This document shows positions 1 to 9,687 of a DNA stretch of 64,000 nt, in pieces. Location: assembly GCA_050115495.1 (NCBI GenBank), contig JASFQK010000001.1, positions 1-64,000 on the forward strand, in the 5' to 3' direction. Source of the DNA: Phycisphaerae bacterium. Lineage in GTDB: Bacteria; Planctomycetota; Phycisphaerae; UBA1845; Fen-1342. Position 1 is the first letter of the stretch. Each line of letters begins with the position of its first letter. The notes beneath the pieces were generated by a model. It did not search any database and was not told where the DNA came from. It worked only from the letters and a program-made list of their open reading frames with translations. A program made the translations under genes and the position numbers.

Positions 1-300
1 ACGTCCTTCTGCCGAAAGCGGATCGCCTGCCGCGAATGCCGGGATGCCGGGCCTACGGGCGACGCCTGGCGCGACCGCGAGGGCGCCCCCGAGACCTGCC
101 CGTTCGGCGTGACCGCCGACACGCTGCTGGCCGCCCGCCCCGAACCCTGCTCGGCGGCCGGAGCCGCGTGCGACCACTGGCGAGCCCGGAAATGCCACCT
201 CGACCCCGCCGACTCGCGGTGCCTGTCGGACCTGCGCTTCAAAGGGCCCGCCGGCGACTGCCCGCTGGGCTGGCGGTCGGCACAAGCGGCTGTTGGCTAG
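1..300 (+). CDS. Partial (5'-truncated) Cys-rich hypothetical protein
   Basis: Frame 1 is open from base 1 to TAG at 298-300: TSFCRKRIACRECRD...WR...CPFG...C...C...C...C...CPLGW. Clustered Cys residues suggest metal binding. Confidence 0.5.
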   Translation, partial: TSFCRKRIACRECRDAGPTGDAWRDREGAPETCPFGVTADTLLAARPEPCSAAGAACDHWRARKCHLDPADSRCLSDLRFKGPAGDCPLGWRSAQAAVG

Positions 301-677
301 CGGCGCCGCTCCTGGTCGCCATCGCCAGGACCGTCACGAACGACGGTCAGGCCGAGCAGACGGCCGGAGACCTGGGCCGGCGCGTTAACCGCCAGGTCGG
401 CGGTGCCCGCGGTCCACTCGATCAGAATACGCACGGGCTTGGACCAGTCTTCATCCGTGGCAGCTGGCGCGGGCGAACAGCATATGAACACCTTGGCGAG
501 GCAAGCCCGAGTGCTCCGCGTTCCCCGTTGAAGCTATTCGTACAGCTAGCAGAGCGGCCCTGCCGGGGACGGGCCGTACACTCATTGCATTCTTGGTGAT
601 GCCGAATCGTGGCGATGGTCCGGGCACAAACGGCACACTGCCTGTTCCGGGGGTGGGGGGGTACGCCAACTCAGTGC

Positions 678-705
678 TTGACTTTCGTCCTGGCCTGATT
701 AGGGT
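678..705 (+). promoter_or_regulatory. Putative sigma70 promoter of cas3
   Basis: TTGACT (678-683), 16-nt spacer, TAGGGT (700-705); SD AGGAGG before ATG 738. Confidence 0.35.
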
Positions 706-737
706 TCTGTCTACGGCACGCCAGGAGGGTTAGCGCA

Positions 738-2993
738 ATGACAGACTTCTGGGGACACGTCGCGCCATCACGCGAGGGGAAGGAGTGGGAGCCGCTGGCA
801 GAACACCTACGGCTTGCCGCCGACGGCAACAAGTACTTCGCCGGGGCCGCCGGGTTTGCTGAGGTGTTTGGGGCCGGCGATTGGGGGCGACTGATCGGCT
901 TGTGGCACGATATCGGCAAGTACTCGACGGAGTTTCAGGAGTACCTGCGGCAGGCGAACGACGTCGAGGCCCACCTGGAGACTCGGCAGGGCAAGGTGGA
1001 TCACTCGTCCGCCGGCGCGCAGCATGCTGCCGCGGAGTATCGGGGGGTAACTGGCCAGTTGCTCGCATACTGCATCGCTGGTCACCATGGGGGTTTGCCG
1101 GATAACGTCGATCCGGGGGGCGGTGAATCGGGTCTGGCGAGCCGGTTGAAGAAGGCCATCTGCGACTACTCGGCGACACCGCAGGAGATACTGAAGCAGC
1201 CGAAGCTGCACGCGCCGGTGTTCAAGCCAGAAGATGAAGGCAAGTCCCTCTCCGCCTTCCAGCTTTCGGTGTTCTGCCGGATGTTGTACTCGTGTCTGGT
1301 GGACGCCGACTTCCTGGCCACAGAGGCATTCATGCAGCCGGAGCAGGCGGCGGAGCGCGTGCAGGCGCCGCCGGCGATGGCAGAGTTGCTGACACGGCTC
1401 GACGCTCACCTGGAGCGGCTGGCGGCGTCGGCGGCGAAGGACTCGGCCGTCAACCGCGCGCGGGTGGACGTTCTGGCGCAATGCCGGGAGAAGGCGCGGT
1501 GTGGGCCCGGGCTGTACTCGCTGACCGTGCCCACGGGCGGCGGCAAGACGCTCTCTTCGCTGGCGTTCGCCCTGCATCACGCCATCGCGCACGATTTGCG
1601 CCGCGTCATCTACGCGATCCCGTTCACCAGCATCATCGAGCAGAACGCGAAGGTGTTCCGCGGGGCGCTCGCCGGCGACGGGCCAGACGTGGTGCTGGAG
1701 CACCACAGCAACCTCGAATCGGACAAGGAAACACGCTGGGGACGGCTGGCCGCCGAGAACTGGGACGCGCCGATTGTCGTCACGACGAACGTGCAGCTCT
1801 TCGAGTCGCTGTTCGCCAGCAAGCCGTCGCGCTGCCGCAAGCTTCATCACATCGCCCGCAGCGTCATCATCCTGGACGAGTGTCAGACGCTGCCGGTCAC
1901 GTTGCTGGCCCCGACGCTACGCATGCTGGACGAACTGCGCCGCAACTACGGGTGTACCGTCGTGCTCTGCTCGGCGACACAGCCGGCGGTGGAGCAGCGT
2001 GAGGGGTTCAGGATCGGCCTGGCGGGCGTCCGTGAGATCATCGCCGATCCGCCGGCACTGTCTGCGTCGCTCCAGCGAGTGGACGTGCAACGCGTCGGCA
2101 AGCTCGATAACACGGCCGTCGTCGAGCGGCTCCGCCAGCACGAGCGCGTCTTGTGCGTGGTGAACACGCGTCGCCACGCCCTGGAGCTCTTCACAGCGCT
2201 GTGCGAGGCCACCGATTCTGCGGACGGCGTCTTTCACCTCAGCACGCGGATGTGCGCCGCGCATCGCACCGATGTGCTCGCGCGGATTCGCGAGCGGCTG
2301 GATCCGGCCCGGCCGCAGCCCTGCCGGGTAATCAGCACCCAGTTGATCGAGGCCGGCGTGGACATCGACTTCCCGGTCGTCTTCCGGGCGATGACGGGGC
2401 TGGACTCGCTCGCCCAGGCCGCCGGGCGGTGCAACCGGGAGGGGCGCCTGCCGCGCGGCGACGTCTTCGTATTTGACACGGACGTCGATCCGCGGGGTGA
2501 CCTGCGGTTGCGGCGGCAGTTGGGCAGCGAGGTCGCCCCCGAGCACGACGACCTGCTCGGGCTGGAAGCCATCGAGCACTACTTCCGCCTGCTGTACTGG
2601 ACGCGGCAGGACGAGTGGGATCGGGAGAAGATCCTCGGAGACTTCGGGTTCGGCGGAGGCGGGCTCCATTTCCAGTTCCGTGAGGCAGCGCGGAAGTACC
2701 GACTCATCCCGGATGGCCAGCAGCCGGTGATCGTGCCCTACGGATCGATCGGCGAGAAGCTCGTCGCGGAGCTCCGGGCCATGATCGAGGATCCCGGCCG
2801 CAACTTCGACCGGCGGGCGCAGCGTCACGTCGTGGCGCTCTACCAGTGGGAGTTCGACCAACTGCGCCAGAATCAGGCGATTGCCCAATACCACGAGCGG
2901 TTCTGGGTGCTGGAGAATAACGCGGCCTACGACGAGCGGGTCGGTTTGAGAACTGACGTATCGGGTTTCACTCCCGAAGTGCTGTGCCAATAG
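738..2993 (+). CDS. cas3: CRISPR-associated HD nuclease/helicase Cas3
   Basis: N-terminal HD domain (HDIGK, HHGGL, LVDAD), Walker A PTGGGKT, DECQ, SAT, STQLIEAGVDID, QAAGRCNREG. Confidence 0.97.
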   Translation: MTDFWGHVAPSREGKEWEPLAEHLRLAADGNKYFAGAAGFAEVFGAGDWGRLIGLWHDIGKYSTEFQEYLRQANDVEAHLETRQGKVDHSSAGAQHAAAEYRGVTGQLLAYCIAGHHGGLPDNVDPGGGESGLASRLKKAICDYSATPQEILKQPKLHAPVFKPEDEGKSLSAFQLSVFCRMLYSCLVDADFLATEAFMQPEQAAERVQAPPAMAELLTRLDAHLERLAASAAKDSAVNRARVDVLAQCREKARCGPGLYSLTVPTGGGKTLSSLAFALHHAIAHDLRRVIYAIPFTSIIEQNAKVFRGALAGDGPDVVLEHHSNLESDKETRWGRLAAENWDAPIVVTTNVQLFESLFASKPSRCRKLHHIARSVIILDECQTLPVTLLAPTLRMLDELRRNYGCTVVLCSATQPAVEQREGFRIGLAGVREIIADPPALSASLQRVDVQRVGKLDNTAVVERLRQHERVLCVVNTRRHALELFTALCEATDSADGVFHLSTRMCAAHRTDVLARIRERLDPARPQPCRVISTQLIEAGVDIDFPVVFRAMTGLDSLAQAAGRCNREGRLPRGDVFVFDTDVDPRGDLRLRRQLGSEVAPEHDDLLGLEAIEHYFRLLYWTRQDEWDREKILGDFGFGGGGLHFQFREAARKYRLIPDGQQPVIVPYGSIGEKLVAELRAMIEDPGRNFDRRAQRHVVALYQWEFDQLRQNQAIAQYHERFWVLENNAAYDERVGLRTDVSGFTPEVLCQ

Positions 2994-3024
2994 AAAAAGA
3001 CGGGCCGGACTGTACGTCCGGCCC
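2994..3024 (-). terminator. Intrinsic terminator on minus strand (3' end of mini-guide RNA)
   Basis: Minus strand reads GGGCCGGAC-GTACA-GTCCGGCCC followed by GTCTTTTT; the U-tract is only on the minus strand. Confidence 0.8.
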
Positions 3025-3083
3025 TTGTCACAACCCCAGCAAAGTATGTTTCAATCCGCTGCGAACAAACGACTTGCGCGCAG
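2994..3083 (-). ncRNA. CRISPR-like regulatory RNA (crlRNA/CreR-like mini-guide)
   Basis: Minus strand: hairpin CTGCG-C-GCAAG-TCG-TTTGT-T-CGCAG (3083-3059), exact last 11 nt of the array repeat CGGATTGAAAC (3058-3048), guide ATACTTTGCTGGGGTTGTGACAA (3047-3025), then terminator. The guide matches 3147-3162. Confidence 0.85.
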
Positions 3084-3122
3084 AAACCAACGAAAGGAAG
3101 CTGAGAATTATCGGTGGACAAC

Positions 3123-3151
3123 TTGACCACCGACATCCCACATTTTATACT
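3123..3151 (+). promoter_or_regulatory. Sigma70 promoter of the cas5-cas8c-cas7 operon (target of the mini-guide)
   Basis: TTGACC (3123-3128), 17 nt, TATACT (3146-3151); near consensus in a GC-rich genome. Confidence 0.85.
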
Positions 3152-3323
3152 ATGCTGTGGTTAAACATTCAACTCAAGCGGAAACCGATCATGGCACTCT
3201 ACTCGCCACAACTCGCACGCCCGCCGCCACGGCGGACAACCAAAAGCCCGGCCCCCGGCGGCAATTGCCGCCGGGGGACCATTCTCCCTTGTCCGTGTGC
3301 TAACCGACCAAGGAGAACACACC

Positions 3324-4007
3324 GTGAATTATAACGTAAGGCTCCGAGTTCGGGGGCCGGATGCATGTTTCACACGTCCTGAGATGAAGGTCGAGCGTGT
3401 CTCGTATGACGCGATGACACCCTCGGCTGCACGCGGCGTTCTGGAGGCGATCTACTGGAAGCCGCAGATCTGCTGGGTGGTCCAGCGGATCCACGTTCTC
3501 AACGAGATTCGCTACACCAACCTGCGCCGCAACGAGATCGGCGCCAAGGTGGTCGTCGCCGGCGGCTCTGGCGCTGGCCGAGCCATGAAGGCCGGGCGGG
3601 GACGGCTCGGCCTGTTCGTCGAGGAAGAACGCCAGCAGCGGGCCGCCACGATGCTCCGCGACGTGGACTACCTCGTCGAGGCACGGTTCGAGATCGTGAG
3701 CGGTGACGAACCGCCGGCGAAGCATTACGAGATGTTCCGCCGGCGGGCTGAGAAGGGGCAGTGCTTCCACCATCCCTACCTCGGCTGTCGGGAATGCGCC
3801 TGTGATTTCGCCTGGCACGAGGGCGAGCCGCCGACCGGGTTCTACTCCGCCGGCCAGCCGGGTGCTGAGCCGGCGGAGCGCGACCTGGGGTTCATGCTCC
3901 ACGACATCGACTTCGACAACGACATGACGCCGCGGTTCTTCCGCGCCGTCATGCGGCGGGGCGTGATCGATGTTCCGCCGTTTGAGGCGGCGGAGGTGCA
4001 CCGATGA
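3324..4007 (+). CDS. cas5: Type I-C Cas5 (Cas5c/Cas5d), crRNA-processing endoribonuclease
   Basis: [50 protein letters not shown] start at 3324 after SD AAGGAG. Confidence 0.96.
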   Translation: MNYNVRLRVRGPDACFTRPEMKVERVSYDAMTPSAARGVLEAIYWKPQICWVVQRIHVLNEIRYTNLRRNEIGAKVVVAGGSGAGRAMKAGRGRLGLFVEEERQQRAATMLRDVDYLVEARFEIVSGDEPPAKHYEMFRRRAEKGQCFHHPYLGCRECACDFAWHEGEPPTGFYSAGQPGAEPAERDLGFMLHDIDFDNDMTPRFFRAVMRRGVIDVPPFEAAEVHR

Positions 4008-5779
4008 TCCTGCAAAGACTGGTCGAGTACTACGACCGCCTGGAGGCCGAACCGGAGAGCGACATCGCGCAGTTCGGGTTCAGCCGGCAGAAGATCAGTT
4101 TCGTGGTCGTGCTGAAGGCCGACGGCTCGCTGGTGGAGTTTCAGGATGCCCGCCGGGAAGAGAACGGACGAGCGATCGCCCAGAAACTGGTTGTACCGGG
4201 GTTGGCGAAGTCCTCTGGTTCGGGCATCAACCCGTGCTTTCTCTGGGACAATGCCCAGTACATGCTCGGCTTCAAGGCAGACGACCCGAAGCCGGAGCGT
4301 ACGAAGAAGGCGTTCGAGGCCTTTCGCGATCGGCACACGGGCCTCGAAGAGGAGATCGCCGACGAGGCGTTCTCGGCCGTCTGCCAGTTCTTGCGGACCT
4401 GGAACCCCGACGAGGTGGCCGCCGACGCGAAGCTGGCGGAGATCGCCAGTTCGTTCGGCATCTTCCGCATCGCCGGCCAGGTGGAGTACGTCCACGACCG
4501 CCCGAAGGTCCGCGCCTACTGGCTCGGACAGTTGGACGGTGCAGATGCCGACGCCCCGCGGGTCCCGTCGCTGATCAGCGGTGAGGTGCAGCCGATCGCC
4601 CAGTTGCACAAGCCGAAGATCAAGGGCGTCCGGGGTGCGCAGAGTTCGGGTGCGACGTTGGTCTCGTTCAACGCCGATGCCTACGAGTCGTATGCCAAAG
4701 AACAGAGTCTAAACGCCCCCGTGGGTGTCGCCGACGCGTTCAAGTACTGCACGGCGCTTAACCGTCTGACGGCGGCGCGCGAGCGGCAGGTGCATCTGGC
4801 CGACACGACCGTCGTCTTCTGGTCCGAACGGCCGACGGCCCTGGAAGACGAGTGCTTCGGCATGTTTGAGGTCGATCGAGCAGAAGATCCGGAGGCAGTC
4901 GAGCGGCTGAAGAACTTCTTCGCACGCTTACGTCGGGCCGCCGACGGCGCCGCGTTCGAAGATGGCGACGTGCCATTCTACGTCCTCGGCCTGTCGCCGA
5001 ACGCGGCACGTGTTTCGGTGCGGTTCTGGCTGGCGGGCACGGTGCAGCAGTTCGCCGCGCGGCTGGGGCGGCATCTGGCGGATCTGGAGCTCGCCGGCGC
5101 ACCGCCGGACATGCCACCGATCTCGCTACAGCGCATCATCGATCAGACCGCTCGCGAGCGTGACGACATCCAGCCGCTGCTCGGTGGCGCCGTGCTGGAG
5201 GCCGTCCTGTCCGGCGGGCCGTATCCGGTGTCGCTGGCTGCGGCGGTGCTGCGTCGGCTGCGGGCCGACGGTCAGACGGGCGGCATCAACGGGCACATTC
5301 GCGCCGCCATTCTCAAGGCATATCTGGTTCGCAAGCTGAGGCTCAGGAACCAACAGGAGACCATTGGCATGTCGCTCGATACCGCCTGTCCCCACACGGC
5401 CTATCACCTGGGGCGTCTGTTCGCCGTGTTGGAAAAGACGCAGGAAGAGGCGCTGGGTCGCGATCTGAATGTGACGATCAAGGACCGTTACTTCAGCTCT
5501 GCGTCCGCCAACCCGGTGGCGGCCTTCCCTCGCCTGCTGCGGCTTCACGCACACCACCTCGACAAGCTCGGTGCCGACAAGCGGGGGCTGAAGGTGATAC
5601 GCGAGAAGCTCGTCCAGGAAATCTGCGACCACGTCAACGCCGCGGCGGGCTTCCCGGCCCACCTGCCCCTCGACGAGCAGGGGCTCTTCTTCATCGGCTA
5701 CTACCATCAGCGTCAGGTGTTGTTCACATCCAACAAGACCGAGAGCGAGGCGTCCGCCGTCACCAACAGGGAGGACTAG
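4004..5779 (+). CDS. cas8c: Type I-C large subunit Cas8c (Csd1)
   Basis: [77 protein letters not shown] overlap with cas5. Confidence 0.96.
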   Translation: MILQRLVEYYDRLEAEPESDIAQFGFSRQKISFVVVLKADGSLVEFQDARREENGRAIAQKLVVPGLAKSSGSGINPCFLWDNAQYMLGFKADDPKPERTKKAFEAFRDRHTGLEEEIADEAFSAVCQFLRTWNPDEVAADAKLAEIASSFGIFRIAGQVEYVHDRPKVRAYWLGQLDGADADAPRVPSLISGEVQPIAQLHKPKIKGVRGAQSSGATLVSFNADAYESYAKEQSLNAPVGVADAFKYCTALNRLTAARERQVHLADTTVVFWSERPTALEDECFGMFEVDRAEDPEAVERLKNFFARLRRAADGAAFEDGDVPFYVLGLSPNAARVSVRFWLAGTVQQFAARLGRHLADLELAGAPPDMPPISLQRIIDQTARERDDIQPLLGGAVLEAVLSGGPYPVSLAAAVLRRLRADGQTGGINGHIRAAILKAYLVRKLRLRNQQETIGMSLDTACPHTAYHLGRLFAVLEKTQEEALGRDLNVTIKDRYFSSASANPVAAFPRLLRLHAHHLDKLGADKRGLKVIREKLVQEICDHVNAAAGFPAHLPLDEQGLFFIGYYHQRQVLFTSNKTESEASAVTNRED

Positions 5780-5782
5780 TCC

Positions 5783-6682
5783 ATGAGTTCCAACAGCAAT
5801 TCGATCGAGAACCGCTACGACATCGTTTACCTCTTCGACATCACCGATGGCAACCCGAACGGCGATCCGGACGCCGGCAACCTGCCGCGAATCGACCCGG
5901 AGACCGGGCAGGGCCTGGTCACGGACGTGTGCCTGAAGCGGAAGATCCGCAACTACGTCGGGCTGCGGTATGGCGAGCAGCCGCCGCACGAGATCTACGT
6001 GAAGGAACGGGCCATCCTCAACAGCCAGCACGAGCGGGCCTACCAGGCCGTCGGCGAGAAGCCCGAGAAGCGCAAGATGCCCAAGGACGAGAAGAAGGCC
6101 CGCGAGATCACAGCGTGGATGTGCGGCAACTTCTTCGACATCCGCACGTTCGGCGCGGTGATGAGCACCGACGTCAACTGCGGGCAGGTGCGCGGCCCGG
6201 TCCAGTTCAGCTTCGCCCGCAGCCTCGATCCGGTCGTTTCCGCCGAACACGCGGTGACGCGGTGCGCCGTGACCACCGAGGCGGAGGCGGAGAAGCAGCA
6301 GGGCGACAACCGCACGATGGGCCGCAAGTTCACGATTCCCTACGGGCTGTACCGCGTGCACGCCTTCGTGAACCCGCACCTGGCGGCGCAGACCGGCTTC
6401 TCGGGCGACGATCTGGAGCTGTTCAAGGAGGCGCTCGGCCAGATGTTCGAGCACGACAAGTCCGCCGCCCGCGCGAACATGCGTCCGGTGCGCTGCATCG
6501 CCTTCAAGCACGACAGCAAGCTGGGCAACGCCCGGGCCGATCAGCTCTTCGCCCGCGTGCACGTCGGGTTGAAGCCGGAGCTGGCCGAGCAGAAGCGCCC
6601 GCCGCGCAGCTTCGCTGACTACACGGTGAACGTGGATGAAAGCGATCTGCCGCAGGGCGTGACGGTCGAGCACTGGATCTGA
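5783..6682 (+). CDS. cas7: Type I-C Cas7 (Csd2)
   Basis: [51 protein letters not shown]. Confidence 0.97.
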   Translation: MSSNSNSIENRYDIVYLFDITDGNPNGDPDAGNLPRIDPETGQGLVTDVCLKRKIRNYVGLRYGEQPPHEIYVKERAILNSQHERAYQAVGEKPEKRKMPKDEKKAREITAWMCGNFFDIRTFGAVMSTDVNCGQVRGPVQFSFARSLDPVVSAEHAVTRCAVTTEAEAEKQQGDNRTMGRKFTIPYGLYRVHAFVNPHLAAQTGFSGDDLELFKEALGQMFEHDKSAARANMRPVRCIAFKHDSKLGNARADQLFARVHVGLKPELAEQKRPPRSFADYTVNVDESDLPQGVTVEHWI

Positions 6683-6762
6683 AGCCGCGTGACCGGCTCG
6701 GCCGCGGGGAGATGCTTCAGTATGCGCATGCCCGTGGCCGGCCGGCCGATGGGGTAACGGAC

Positions 6763-7497
6763 ATGTTCTCCGAAGACGAACTGCTGCCGATCTCAGCGTT
6801 GCAGCATCTGTTGTTCTGCGAGCGGCAGTGTGCGTTGATTCACATCGAGCGTCTGTGGGCGGAGAACCGGCTGACCGTCGAGGGTCGGCACCTGCATGAG
6901 AAGGCGCATGGCGGCCGGGGCGAGCGGCGTGACGGGGCGCAGATTCTGCGCGGACTGCCCCTGCGCTCGCTGCGTCTCGGCCTGGCCGGCGTGGCGGATG
7001 TGGTGGAGCTTCACCCAGCCGCCGCCCGCGACGGGCCAACACCGGCGACCGCCCAACCCGCCGACGTCGCCGCGCCGGCGGGAGCGGCGGCCCCGCCCGG
7101 AACGCCGTTTCCGGTCGAGTACAAACGTGGTCGGCCGAAGTCCAACGACTGCGATCGCATCCAGCTCTGCGCCCAGGCCTTGTGCCTGGAAGAAATGCTC
7201 GGCGTCGCCGTGCCGGCGGGAGCGCTCTTCTACGGGCGTACCCGCCGGCGGCAGGACGTCCTGTTCGACGCCGACCTGCGCAGCCTAACGGAGCAGGCGG
7301 CCGCGCGGCTTCACGAGCTGATCGCTGCCGGTGTCACGCCGGTCGTGCCGCCTCAGCGAAAGTGCCGCAACTGCTCACTCGTGCACCAGTGCCTGCCCCA
7401 GGCCGGCGGTCGTCGGTCAGTCCAGGCGTACATGATGCGGCGACTACGGGAGGGCATGGAGGTGAGCCAAGCCGATCCGGGAGGTGCAGATGCTTGA
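6763..7497 (+). CDS. cas4: CRISPR-associated RecB-like nuclease Cas4
   Basis: ISALQHLLFCERQCAL, ADVVE, PVEYKRG, QLCAQALCLEEM, CRNCSLVHQC Fe-S cysteines; start placed at ATG 6763. Confidence 0.95.
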   Translation: MFSEDELLPISALQHLLFCERQCALIHIERLWAENRLTVEGRHLHEKAHGGRGERRDGAQILRGLPLRSLRLGLAGVADVVELHPAAARDGPTPATAQPADVAAPAGAAAPPGTPFPVEYKRGRPKSNDCDRIQLCAQALCLEEMLGVAVPAGALFYGRTRRRQDVLFDADLRSLTEQAAARLHELIAAGVTPVVPPQRKCRNCSLVHQCLPQAGGRRSVQAYMMRRLREGMEVSQADPGGADA

Positions 7498-8632
7498 GTT
7501 GATCTACCACGATTTCGCTGACCTGAAAGGCCTGTCTCGCATCGACGCCGCCGTTCGCAAGATTGTCGCCAGGAAGGTTGATATCGCGTGCCCATATCTG
7601 GGTCCTGCATACGTGGAAGACGTACTTCGCGGTGCTTCGTCGTTCCGGTTGGTCACAGACATCGACGCGTGCTTTGCCGATCTGCGCAAGGCCGACCGCC
7701 GGGCACTCCTGAACTGGATGGAGCAACACTGCGCGTCCATCCGCCACTTCACACAGTTGCACGCCAAGACGCTGATTGGGGCGAACCAAGCCCTGGTTGG
7801 ATCAGCCAATCTGACCGAGACGGGCGTGAGCAAACGAGCAGAGATGGTTGTCCGTATCCGGGATACGCCGATCGTGCAGGAGGAGCTTGCCCGCTGGTTC
7901 GAGCAGTTGTGGACGAACTCGTCGCCTATAGACGCCGATCAACTCCGCCGTGGCTTGGCGAGTCTGCCTGATCGACGCGCCACCCGGCGGAACGAAGCCG
8001 GCGTTCCTCTTCTCGCGCAGCGCTCGCCGGTCGAGTTCAAGACACGCATCGGCGGCAGGGCGACCCCCAGTGCCAAGAAACGTCGCAAGTCTCCGGAGTT
8101 CGACGAGCCGGCGTTGATCGCCAAGCTCTCCAAGTTCACAGACCGCGCCCGCGTCGAGTTCTTCTTCGACTGGGCCCAGGAGGTGTACGCCGCAGCAGAG
8201 CATCTGCCCGTCCAGCCGACGCTCTTGCTTACCCTGCCCAACAAAGGTGTCTTGACGCTTCAGATCTGCAATCGGTACGCCGTGACAGTCAAGCGCCGCG
8301 ATGTCAGCGACGGCTCCGGTTCGTTCATGTATCCCGCGCAGCAACGCGAGATTCTCGAACGAGATCCACCTCCCTGGCTGGTGAGGATTACCGATTTCCA
8401 ACGGCCACCGCGGGAGCCGCCGCGCCCCATCCCGCTGTATATCCGATTCCGCTTCCCGCTCGGCGACCGCGACCGGAGCACGATTCAACGGAGGTGGCTT
8501 GAGGCGGTCAAGAGCGAGTTCACACGGGAGCAACCCGCCGCGCCGACCGCAATACACCAGCCTCTGCTGAAACGAATGACACTCGAACCCGAATACCGCC
8601 TCAAGATCCTCGATCAGGTCTTCAGCAGGTAA
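7490..8632 (+). CDS. PLD-family (HKD-variant) nuclease-like domain protein with unknown C-terminal domain
   Basis: IACPY, LHAKTLIG, LVGSANLT, GVSKRAEM, WFEQLW; SD GGAGG at 7480; overlaps the cas4 stop. Confidence 0.8.
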   Translation: MLELIYHDFADLKGLSRIDAAVRKIVARKVDIACPYLGPAYVEDVLRGASSFRLVTDIDACFADLRKADRRALLNWMEQHCASIRHFTQLHAKTLIGANQALVGSANLTETGVSKRAEMVVRIRDTPIVQEELARWFEQLWTNSSPIDADQLRRGLASLPDRRATRRNEAGVPLLAQRSPVEFKTRIGGRATPSAKKRRKSPEFDEPALIAKLSKFTDRARVEFFFDWAQEVYAAAEHLPVQPTLLLTLPNKGVLTLQICNRYAVTVKRRDVSDGSGSFMYPAQQREILERDPPPWLVRITDFQRPPREPPRPIPLYIRFRFPLGDRDRSTIQRRWLEAVKSEFTREQPAAPTAIHQPLLKRMTLEPEYRLKILDQVFSR

Positions 8633-8637
8633 TCGCC

Positions 8638-9669
8638 ATGAAGCAACACCTCAACACGCTCTACGTGACGACCCACGGGGCCTACCTGGCCAAGGACGGC
8701 GAAGCGGTGGCCGTGCGCGTCGACGGCGAATGCCGCCTGCGCGTGCCACTGCTCAACCTGGGCGGCGTCGTGTGCTTCGGCGGCGTCGGGGCCAGCCCGC
8801 CACTTATGGCCGCCTGCGCCAAAGCGGGCGTGGCCCTGTCATTCCTTACATCCAGCGGACGCTTCCTGGCCCGCGTCTCCGGCTTCACCCCCGGTAACGT
8901 GCTGCTGCGCCGTGAGCAGTATCGCCAGGCCGACGACGAACCGGCCGCCCTGGCCATCGCCAGGAATTCCGTCTTGGCCAAGATCGCCAACTCGCGGGCG
9001 GTGCTGCAGCGTGGCGCGCGGGATCGCCCCGATGCGCCCGGTAGCGACACGCTACGGGCCGCGGCGGACTATCTGACGCAGGCGCTGCACGACGTGGAGC
9101 ACACGACGTCGCTGGACCAACTGCGCGGGCTGGAGGGAGATGCGTCGCGGGTGTACTTCGGGACCTTCAACGGCCTTATCACGCGTCCGGACGAGTCGTT
9201 CACCTTCCGCGGTCGCAGCCGCCGGCCGCCGCTGGACAACGTCAATGCGCTGCTCTCGTTCCTGTACGCCATTCTGACGCATGATGCGCGGTCGGCCTGC
9301 GAGGCGACGGGGCTCGATCCGGCGGTGGGCTTCCTGCACCGCGATCGGCCGGGCCGGCCGGGGCTGGCCCTCGACCTCATCGAGGAATTCCGCGCGTACC
9401 TCGCCGACCGCGTGGCCCTGTCGCTGATCAACCGACAGCAGGTCCGAGCGGCGGGCTTCGTCCAGGGCGAGACCGGCGGCGTCACCATGGACGACGAGAC
9501 GCGCAAGACCGTGCTGGTGACCTATCAGAAACGCAAGCAGGACGTCGTCGAACACCCGTTCCTCAAAGAGAAGACGACCGTCGGCCTGCTCGTGCACCTG
9601 CAAGCGCGGCTGCTGGCCCGCTACCTGCGCGGCGAACTGGACGCCTACCCGGCGTTAATCATGAAGTGA
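8638..9669 (+). CDS. cas1: Type I-C Cas1 integrase
   Basis: MKQHLNTLYVTT, GNVLLRREQY, LRGLEG, RRPPLDNVNALLSFLY, GFLHRDRPGR, LDLIEEFR. Confidence 0.97.
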   Translation: MKQHLNTLYVTTHGAYLAKDGEAVAVRVDGECRLRVPLLNLGGVVCFGGVGASPPLMAACAKAGVALSFLTSSGRFLARVSGFTPGNVLLRREQYRQADDEPAALAIARNSVLAKIANSRAVLQRGARDRPDAPGSDTLRAAADYLTQALHDVEHTTSLDQLRGLEGDASRVYFGTFNGLITRPDESFTFRGRSRRPPLDNVNALLSFLYAILTHDARSACEATGLDPAVGFLHRDRPGRPGLALDLIEEFRAYLADRVALSLINRQQVRAAGFVQGETGGVTMDDETRKTVLVTYQKRKQDVVEHPFLKEKTTVGLLVHLQARLLARYLRGELDAYPALIMK

Positions 9670-9687
9670 CTCTGTCGGGGCCCAGAT

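Noticed and set aside
2984..3334. 116-aa ORF between cas3 and cas5
   Set aside because: It spans a terminator, promoter and mini-guide, has no recognisable motif and a poor start. Only its 3' part is kept as a speculative leader ORF.
7010..7110. Ala/Pro-rich insertion in Cas4
   Set aside because: It lies in a variable loop before PVEYKRG; catalytic and Fe-S motifs are intact.
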